Source: Gemmatimonadota bacterium (GTDB lineage Bacteria > Gemmatimonadota > Gemmatimonadetes > Palauibacterales > Palauibacteraceae). From it: a DNA stretch of 43,818 nt. Numbering within the stretch: the first letter of the stretch is position 1; every line of letters begins with the position of its first letter. The translations under genes were made by a program, and so were the position numbers. Under the pieces are notes generated by a model that was given only the letters and a program-made list of their open reading frames with translations, was not told the DNA's origin and searched no databases. Shown here piece by piece: positions 1 to 7,024 of this stretch. The stretch spans positions 1-43,818 of the forward strand of contig JBHIAV010000023.1 of the NCBI GenBank assembly GCA_046758745.1, given 5' to 3'.

Positions 1-248
<248 letters not shown>

Positions 249-305
249 GGGAGTTTTCCCGAGTCAACCCGCACGTCACTCACGCTTTCTTCTCAGGTCG
301 TGTGT

Positions 306-340
306 AGCCCCACGGGAGACCCCGTGGGGCTTCCCGTTTG
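306..340 (+). terminator. Terminator-like hairpin downstream of the 16S gene
   Basis: Perfect 11-bp stem AGCCCCACGGG-agac-CCCGTGGGGCT (306-331) followed by TCCCGTTTG (weak U-tract), about 60 nt after the 16S end. Confidence 0.7.
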
Positions 341-356
341 TGCCCGCCCGAGGAGC

Positions 357-598
357 ATGACCGATCCTCCGGCCAACACCGAACCGGCGCGCGGCTTTCG
401 GTCCGGCTACCGTGCCGTCGCGGACCGCCTAACGTCGGCAAGTCGACCCTCGCCAGCACACCCGGATCGGCGAGAGGTTGGGCATCGTCGCCCCGGAGGC
501 CCACACCGCGCGGCAGCGACTTCCCGTTGAAGGTGCTTCCAAGCTGGCGAAGGCGCAGGGGGTTACTTAAGCTGCTTCGTTACAGGCTCGACACGTGA
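357..598 (+). pseudogene. era: era (GTPase Era) relic: frameshifted, with a large internal deletion
   Basis: Pieces in three frames read GFRSGY (393-410), GPPNVGKSTL (422-451, G1 P-loop) and IGERLGIVAPEAHTARQR (466-519, G2 region; Era consensus approx. G.K.SIVSPKAQTTR). They are joined directly to LKVLPSWRRRRGLLKLLRY...stop (527-598), which resembles the Era C-terminus (WVKV..NWR....L..LGY). Confidence 0.85.
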
Positions 599-611
599 CG
601 GAGGGTAGAGT

Positions 612-779
612 ATGGGCTTGGATCCGGTTCTGCTCGAGATTCTGGTGTGCCCCCAGTGCAAAGGGGAGCTGGAGTACCGCGAGGAGGAGGAGGCCCTCCT
701 GTGCCACGCATGTCGCCTCCGCTACCGAATCGAGGACGATGTCCCGATCATGCTGATTGATGAGGCTACGCCCTTCTGA
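612..779 (+). CDS. Trm112-like (YcaR/UPF0434) protein, 55 aa
   Basis: Read directly because it is below the ORF-track cutoff: MGLDPVLLEILVCPQCKGELEYREEEEALLCHACRLRYRIEDDVPIMLIDEATPF. Shows the LLEILVCP.CKG.L ... Y.I.D.IPIML..EA signature; GGAGGG RBS upstream. Confidence 0.93.
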   Translation: MGLDPVLLEILVCPQCKGELEYREEEEALLCHACRLRYRIEDDVPIMLIDEATPF

Positions 780-1848
780 GATCCCGCCGACGCGCGCCTC
801 GGCGTCGCTCCCGCCGCTGCGCTCACGGTCGAGGCCGCACATCCCGTTACCCACCCGGAGGCGGGCTCTCGCCGGCCTTCTCTGCCTGCTCGCGTCGCGG
901 GCGGAGGCGCAGGAGCCGACGGGCGAGTCGCTCCGCTCCGAGTCCTCTACCGTCGAGTCGGCCACCTTCCTGGTGGCGCCGATCGGGGCGCGCGCCGTGG
1001 GCCTCGGCGGCGCCGTGGCGGCCTCGCGGGGAGTCGCCGAGGCGATCCTGTGGAACCCGGCGGCCGCAGCCGCGCTGGAGGAGACCGAGCTTTACTACGT
1101 ACACTCCAACGACTTCGCGACGGAGAGCGACGTGTTCGGGGCCGTGTGGCGGTCGAGGGTGGGGCAGTTGGGCTTCGCCTATTACCTCTTCGACCTGGGA
1201 TCGATCGAGACGACGAGTGGAGGCGGCCAGCGGACGGGTGACCTGGAGCTGAAGAACGAGGCGTTCATCTTCTCCCTCGGACTTCCCGTTCGCTCGGGTG
1301 TCGAGGCGGGCTTCAGTTATAAGCTCGTGCGCTTCTCCTCCGATTGCAGCGGGGCGTGCGGGGAGTTCGACTTCGGCGCGACCGGGCACGCCTTCGACGC
1401 CGGCCTGATCTTGTCGGGCCCGCGCCATGCCCTGGGCGTCGTGTTGCGCAACGCGGGATCCGGCCTGTCGCTCGGCGGGGATGCCCCATCGGACCCTCTG
1501 CCTACCCGCCTCCGCCTCGGCGTCTCTCTTGAGCTGCTGGGCGAGCGAACGCCGGCCGGAGGCGCGCAAGGGGAGCTTCCCCTTCGTGTCTCCGTGAGCG
1601 CTGACCTCGAGGAGCCGCTCACCGAGTTCGATGACCTGGACTTCTTCCTTGGAGGCGAGGTCGGCCTCCGGGAGATCCTGTTCGCCCGGGTCGGCCACGC
1701 GTGGTCCGGAGACGGACGGACGGGTCCCAGCCTCGGGGTTGGGCTGCAGCTCGAGCGCCTCCGCATCGACTTCGGAAGAAGCTTCGACGACTTCTCCGAG
1801 TTCGACGGGGACGAGCCCTTCCAGCTCTCCCTCGGCCTGCGCCTGTAG
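760..1848 (+). CDS. PorV/PorQ (UPF0164)-family outer-membrane beta-barrel protein
   Basis: Signal-peptide-like RRRALAGLLCLLASRAEA, family motif FLVAPIGARAVGLGGA...ILWNPA, alternating beta strands and C-terminal FQLSLGLRL. Start codon uncertain. Confidence 0.75.
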   Translation: MRLRPSEIPPTRASASLPPLRSRSRPHIPLPTRRRALAGLLCLLASRAEAQEPTGESLRSESSTVESATFLVAPIGARAVGLGGAVAASRGVAEAILWNPAAAAALEETELYYVHSNDFATESDVFGAVWRSRVGQLGFAYYLFDLGSIETTSGGGQRTGDLELKNEAFIFSLGLPVRSGVEAGFSYKLVRFSSDCSGACGEFDFGATGHAFDAGLILSGPRHALGVVLRNAGSGLSLGGDAPSDPLPTRLRLGVSLELLGERTPAGGAQGELPLRVSVSADLEEPLTEFDDLDFFLGGEVGLREILFARVGHAWSGDGRTGPSLGVGLQLERLRIDFGRSFDDFSEFDGDEPFQLSLGLRL

Positions 1849-1860
1849 GCCGCTGCGCGC

Positions 1861-4059
1861 ATGCCGCGCGTAGGCGAACGGGAGGTCCTGCGATACCTGC
1901 AGGGCGAGGCATCCCGGCCGCTCAAGGCTGTCGAGCTTGCCCGCCTCCTGGACGTGCCGCGCGCCGAGTATCGCGAGTTCCACGGTCTGCTTCGCCGCAT
2001 GTCGCGCGCCGGCCTCATCTACCGGCAGCGCAAGGGCCGGTACGCCATCCCGCGCAACCTCAATCTGACCATCGGGCGCCTGCAGGTGACCCGTTCCGGA
2101 GACGGCTTCGTGGTACCGGACCCGAAGAGGGAGGGGGAGGACGTGTTCGTTCCTGCCCGATCCCTGGGCACCGCTGTCGATGGAGACACGGTGGTGGCGC
2201 GGGTCGAGCGTCGCCGGAGAGGCCGAAGCCCCGAGGGGCGGGTGATCCGCGTCCTGGAGCGGGCGTGGAGCCGAGTCGTCGGCATCTACCATGCTCGCGA
2301 TCGCTTCGGCTACGTGGTGCCGACCGAGCCTTCCCTGGGAGTGGAGATCTTCGTACCCGCCGGGCTCGAACAGGAGGCGGAAGACGGCTCGGTGGTGGTG
2401 GTGGAGATCACCGGCTGGGGGGAGTCCGAGCCGGCCCCGGTCGGTCGGGTGGAGCGACGGCTCGGGCGCCCGGGCGATCCCGGCGTCGATGTTCTCGGCA
2501 TCGTGTATGGGCACCGGCTTCCGAGCGAATTCCCCGGCGAAGTGCTTCGCGAGGCCGAACGGATCGCCCGCCGCGGGATCAGAGAGGAAGACCTGGAGAA
2601 CCGCGAGGATCTGCGGGACGAGCTGGCATGGACCATCGATCCGGCCGACGCGAAGGACCACGACGACGCCGTGTCGATCCGCGATCTGGGGGACGGACGG
2701 TGGTGCGTGGGCGTCCACATCGCGGATGTCTCCTACTACGTCAAGCCGGGGAGTCGCGTGGACGAGGAGGCGCTCGAACGGGGGACCAGCGTGTATCTGG
2801 TGGACCGGGCGATTCCGATGCTTCCGCCGCCGCTCTCGAGCGGCCTCTGCTCCCTCCTCCCGGGCGAGGATCGCCTCACCGTCTCCGTCCTCTTCACGAT
2901 CGACGAAGCGGGCGATGTGCTCGAGGAGAGGCTGACGCGGAGCGTGATCCGAAGCCGTCGCCGCCTTTCGTACGACGAGGCGCAGGAGCTGCTTGACCGG
3001 ACGCCTGCGGCGCACGGAGCCGTTCCGGAGGGCGCCGTCGCCACACGCGGCGGAGCCGTGGCGGACGATGGCGCCGTGGCGGACGATGGAGTTCTCTCGG
3101 AGGCGCTACGAACGCTTCTTGGGGCGAGCCGCCGGGTCCGCCGCCGCAGAACGGAGCGGGGGAGCCTCGACTTCGACCTTCCCGAAGCCAGAGTGATCCT
3201 GAACCGTGCGGGAGAGCCGACCGACATACAGCGCATACTGCGGCTGGAGTCCCACCTCCTGATCGAAGATCTGATGATCCTCGCCAACGAAGCCGTGGCC
3301 CGGCTCGCCGTGCGCGAGGGATTCCCCCTCATCTACCGGATCCACGAGGAGCCGTCGGAGGAGAAGATGGAGAGCCTGCGGGCGCTCGCCGTCACCTTCG
3401 GCTTCCACCTCGCCCGCCGTAAGGTCAGGCCGGCCGACCTGGCCAGGTTGCTCCGTTCGATGCGAGGAACTCCGCAGGAGCAGCTCATCTCGACCGTCAC
3501 GCTGCGCAGCATGAAGCAGGCGCGGTATTCGATCCGCAACGTTGGCCACTTCGGTCTGGCCTCGCCCGCGTACGCGCATTTCACCTCGCCGATCCGCCGC
3601 TACCCGGACCTCGTCGTGCACCGCCAGATCGTCCGATGGATGCTGGGGGCAGGCCGTGTCGGAGACCGCTTCGTCCAGGAGCTCGCGGAGGTGGCGGACC
3701 ACTGCTCGGAGCGCGAGCGGCGGGCGACGGCAGCCGAACGGGATTCGATCGAGCTCAAGAAGATCCAGTTCCTGGAGCACCATGTCGGCAATGAGTTCCG
3801 CGGTACGGTAAGCGGCGCCCAGGCGTTCGGCTTCTTCGTGCTGTTGGACGACTACCATGTGGAGGGACTCGTCCACGTGAGCACGCTGGAAGACGATTAC
3901 TACGAGCACGTGGAGGAACGACACGTCCTCGTGGGTCGGCGGCAGCGGCGGCGAATCCGCCTCGGTGATCCGGTGCGCGTGCGTGTGACGCGGGTGGACA
4001 GGGAGAAGCGGCAGGTCGATCTTGAGCTGATCGCGCGGGGACGACGTACGGACGGGTGA
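1861..4059 (+). CDS. rnr: Ribonuclease R
   Basis: N-terminal HTH and cold-shock domains, RNB catalytic motif TIDPADAKDHDDAVS, HFTSPIRRYPDL, C-terminal S1 domain. Confidence 0.96.
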   Translation: MPRVGEREVLRYLQGEASRPLKAVELARLLDVPRAEYREFHGLLRRMSRAGLIYRQRKGRYAIPRNLNLTIGRLQVTRSGDGFVVPDPKREGEDVFVPARSLGTAVDGDTVVARVERRRRGRSPEGRVIRVLERAWSRVVGIYHARDRFGYVVPTEPSLGVEIFVPAGLEQEAEDGSVVVVEITGWGESEPAPVGRVERRLGRPGDPGVDVLGIVYGHRLPSEFPGEVLREAERIARRGIREEDLENREDLRDELAWTIDPADAKDHDDAVSIRDLGDGRWCVGVHIADVSYYVKPGSRVDEEALERGTSVYLVDRAIPMLPPPLSSGLCSLLPGEDRLTVSVLFTIDEAGDVLEERLTRSVIRSRRRLSYDEAQELLDRTPAAHGAVPEGAVATRGGAVADDGAVADDGVLSEALRTLLGASRRVRRRRTERGSLDFDLPEARVILNRAGEPTDIQRILRLESHLLIEDLMILANEAVARLAVREGFPLIYRIHEEPSEEKMESLRALAVTFGFHLARRKVRPADLARLLRSMRGTPQEQLISTVTLRSMKQARYSIRNVGHFGLASPAYAHFTSPIRRYPDLVVHRQIVRWMLGAGRVGDRFVQELAEVADHCSERERRATAAERDSIELKKIQFLEHHVGNEFRGTVSGAQAFGFFVLLDDYHVEGLVHVSTLEDDYYEHVEERHVLVGRRQRRRIRLGDPVRVRVTRVDREKRQVDLELIARGRRTDG
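3016..3093 (+). repeat. In-frame short tandem repeat in rnr (GAV-containing units)
   Basis: GCCGTGGCGGACGATGG is identical at 3055-3071 and 3073-3089 (period 18); the region encodes GAVPEGAVATRGGAVADDGAVADDGV. Confidence 0.8.
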
Positions 4060-4060
4060 C

Positions 4061-4089
4061 TTGCCCCGCCGGGCGGCGTCCGCTACACT
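4061..4089 (+). promoter_or_regulatory. Putative sigma70-type promoter for prfB-lysS
   Basis: TTGCCC (4061-4066), 17-nt spacer, TACACT (4084-4089), in the rnr-prfB intergenic region. Confidence 0.55.
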
Positions 4090-4096
4090 TGCCGCA

Positions 4097-4130
4097 AACG
4101 GGGTCCTCCGCACAGGGCCCCGTTGTCTTT
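4097..4130 (+). terminator. Hairpin between rnr and prfB (terminator or 5'-UTR structure)
   Basis: AACGGGGTCCT-ccgcac-AGGGCCCCGTT, an 11-bp stem with one G:U pair, followed by GTCTTT. Confidence 0.55.
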
Positions 4131-4179
4131 GCGCAGAGTGCACTTGGCCACATCCTCGGGCCGGTATAGAGGGGGTCGA

Positions 4180-5299
4180 ATGGGAGCGATCACCGAGCAC
4201 GCGATATGCCTCGCCGAGCAGCGGAGCCGGCTGGACGAGCTTCGGGGGTATCTTTGAGATCCCGTCGAAGCTGACGCGCCTGGAGGAGCTCGAGCGCCTC
4301 ATGGCGCGGCCCGGCTTCTGGGACCACCCGGAGGCCGCGCGGAGGACGATCGAGAGCGCCAATCGGCTCAAGGAGTGGACGGAGCCGTGGTCCCGGCTCT
4401 CGAAGATGGTCGACGACCTGCGAGAGCTGGTGGAGCTGGCGGGGGAGGAGGGAGAGGGAGATGAAGCCCTCCTCGCCGACCTGGAGCGGGAGATCGAGCA
4501 GCTCGAGCGAGAGCTCTCCGACCTCGAGCTCCGGAACATGCTCCGTGACCCCGAGGCCCGCCGGGATGCCCTCCTCACCATCCACCCGGGTGCGGGTGGT
4601 ACGGAGTCGCAGGACTGGGCTGAGATGCTCATGCGGATGTATACCCGCTGGGCGGAGCGCCGCGGCTACGAGGTGGAGATCCTCGACCTGCTTCCCGGGG
4701 AGGAGGCCGGCCTCAAGTCGGTGACCCTCGAGGTGCGGGGGGAGTACGCGTACGGCTACCTCCTCGCCGAACGCGGTGTCCATCGCCTGGTTCGCATCTC
4801 TCCGTTCGACGCTCAGGGCCGGCGCCACACCTCTTTCGCCTCCGTTTTCGTGTACCCCGTCGTGGACGATGACATCGAGATCGAGATCGACGAGTCGGAT
4901 CTACGGATCGATACCTTCCGCGCTTCAGGAGCGGGCGGGCAGCACGTCAACAAGACGAGCTCGGCCGTGCGTATCACGCACACGCCGACGGGAATCGTGG
5001 TGTCGTGCCAGCAGGAGCGGAGCCAGCACAAGAACAAGGCCAAGGCGATGAAGGTGCTCCAGGCCGCGCTCTTCCAGCGCGCTCTGGAAGAGAAGAAGGC
5101 CGAGCGCCGCCAGCTCGAGGATACCAAGACCGAGATCGCGTGGGGGAACCAGATCCGCTCCTACGTCCTTCAGCCGTACACCATGGTCAAGGACCACCGC
5201 ACGTCGCTCGAGATCGGGAATGCCCAGGCCGTGCTGGACGGGCAGATCGACGAGTTCATCGAGGCCTATCTGAGGCAGGACGGAGCGACGGCGGCGTGA
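4180..5299 (+). CDS. prfB: Peptide chain release factor 2, expressed through a programmed +1 frameshift (about 372 aa)
   Basis: ATG 4180 gives MGAITEHAICLAEQRSRLDELRGYL, then CTT TGA at 4252-4257. The +1 frame continues EIPSKL... and contains the SPF (RISPFD) and GGQ (SGAGGQHVN) motifs. Confidence 0.97.
4244..4258 (+). other. RF2 autoregulatory +1 frameshift cassette
   Basis: GGGGG TAT CTT TGA G: internal SD-like run, 3-nt spacer, slippery CTT-T and in-frame UGA. Confidence 0.93.
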
Positions 5300-6927
5300 C
5301 GGAGCCGCGGGGAAGGGAAGCGGCGGCGGATGCGGCGGAAGTCGGTCGGTGTGTCGGATGCGGCGAGACCGAAACGGAGCTCCGGCACGGCCTGTGCCCG
5401 GACTGCTGGTACGCATCGGACGAGCGTCCCAAGCCGGTACGGGACCGCCATGCCAAGCTGCGGCGCCTACGCGAGCTCGGCGTAGAGCCCTATGCTTACT
5501 CGTTCGACCGGAGCGCGACGCTACGGGAGGCTCTCGACAGCTACGTGGGCACGGGCGAGGGACCGGAGGTGCGGGTGGCGGGCCGCATCCTGTCCTTTCG
5601 GGACATGGGGGGGAGCGCCTTCGCACATATCGGCGACCGCTCCGGCCGTCTCCAGGTCTATTTCAAGCGAGACAGGCTGCCGGCCGAAGCCGTCGTGGTC
5701 CTCGATCTTCTGGACCTCGGCGACTGGGTCGGGGCGCGTGGGCCCCTCTTCCGCACTCGCACGGGCGAGGTCACTGTCCGCGTCGAGGAGCTGACCCTGC
5801 TGGGCAAGACCCTCCGGCCTCTCCCGCTCGGCAAGGAGGAGATCACCGACTCGGGAGAGCGCGTGGTCCACAGTGCCTTCCGGGACGTGGAATCCCGGTA
5901 CCGTCAGCGCTACGCCGACCTCGCGGTCAACCCGGAGGTGCGCGAGATCTTCCAGCTCCGTGCGCGAGTCATCTCCGCTCTGCGGGCCGCCCTCGACGCC
6001 CGCGGATTCCTCGAGGTGGAAACGCCGATCCTCCAGCCCGTGTATGGGGGTGCTTACGCCCGCCCGTTCACCACCTATCACAAGACCCTGGATCGGACGC
6101 TGTATCTTCGGATAGCCGATGAGCTTTACCTGAAGCGACTCATCGTCGGCGGCCTGGAGCGCGTGTACGAGATCGGCAAGGACTTCCGCAACGAGGGAAT
6201 GGATCGGACGCACCACCCCGAGTTCACCATGCTCGAGCTGTATCAGGCCTACGCGGACTACCGGGAGATGATGATCCTGGCTGAGGAGCTGGTCACGGAA
6301 GCGCTGCAGGCCGCCGAACGGCCGTCCCGGATCGACTACCAGGGCCGTGCCATCGACCTCTCGAGCCCATGGCGGCGTCTGGCATTCGGGGATGCGATGC
6401 GTGAGCTGGCCGGGATCGCCCCGAGTGAGACGGAGACCGCGGAGCTGCGCCGCCGTGTCGACGAGCTGGAGCAGCCGGGGGCGGATGGTATGTCCCGCAC
6501 GAAACTTCTGGACACGCTCTTCAGCATCCTCGTCGAGCCGCAATTGGTGGACGCAACCATCGTGTACGACCACCCTATCGAGATGAGCCCGCTGGCCAAG
6601 CCGAAACGCGGCGATCCCCGCCTCGCCGAGCGGTTCGAGGTGATCGTGGCGGGGATGGAGATCGTCAACGCCTTCAGCGAGCTGAACGATCCGATCGACC
6701 AGTGGAGGCGGTTCGCTGCGCAGGCCCGAGACCGGGCAGCGGGGGACGAGCAGGCGCAGACGCTGGACGAGGACTACATACGGGCGCTGGAGTACGGCCT
6801 CCCGCCCACCGGAGGCCTGGGGCTGGGGATCGACCGGCTCGTCATGCTGCTCGTGGATCGTCCGGCCATCCGGGAGGTGCTCCTGTATCCGATCCTGAGA
6901 GGCGACGAGGGAGGCGCCGGCCGGTGA
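5296..6927 (+). CDS. lysS: Lysine--tRNA ligase (class II) with N-terminal CxxC-x11-CxxC extension
   Basis: GTG overlaps the prfB stop (GTGA). OB-fold anticodon domain, YLRIADELYLKRLIVGG, motif 2 FRNEGMDRTHHPEFTMLE, motif 3 YGLPPTGGLGLGIDRL. Confidence 0.96.
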   Translation: MTEPRGREAAADAAEVGRCVGCGETETELRHGLCPDCWYASDERPKPVRDRHAKLRRLRELGVEPYAYSFDRSATLREALDSYVGTGEGPEVRVAGRILSFRDMGGSAFAHIGDRSGRLQVYFKRDRLPAEAVVVLDLLDLGDWVGARGPLFRTRTGEVTVRVEELTLLGKTLRPLPLGKEEITDSGERVVHSAFRDVESRYRQRYADLAVNPEVREIFQLRARVISALRAALDARGFLEVETPILQPVYGGAYARPFTTYHKTLDRTLYLRIADELYLKRLIVGGLERVYEIGKDFRNEGMDRTHHPEFTMLELYQAYADYREMMILAEELVTEALQAAERPSRIDYQGRAIDLSSPWRRLAFGDAMRELAGIAPSETETAELRRRVDELEQPGADGMSRTKLLDTLFSILVEPQLVDATIVYDHPIEMSPLAKPKRGDPRLAERFEVIVAGMEIVNAFSELNDPIDQWRRFAAQARDRAAGDEQAQTLDEDYIRALEYGLPPTGGLGLGIDRLVMLLVDRPAIREVLLYPILRGDEGGAGR

Positions 6928-7024
6928 GCCGCGGCGCGGCGAGGGAGGTGGCCGTCCGGATCCCGCGCTCCCGGCGTCGGCCGGCGCGGCTCCCCCCGTG
7001 GCCTGGCACCGGGCGAACAGAAGG

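Noticed and set aside
300-598. ORFs 300-530 and 338-598 as genuine small proteins
   Set aside because: Each carries only part of the frameshifted era relic.
4061-4255. ORF-track N-terminus of RF2 starting at TTG 4061
   Set aside because: The real N-terminus starts at ATG 4180 in another frame and joins through the +1 frameshift; 4061 overlaps a promoter-like element.
4255-4257. In-frame UGA as selenocysteine or a pseudogene lesion in prfB
   Set aside because: Position and context match the known RF2 frameshift cassette.
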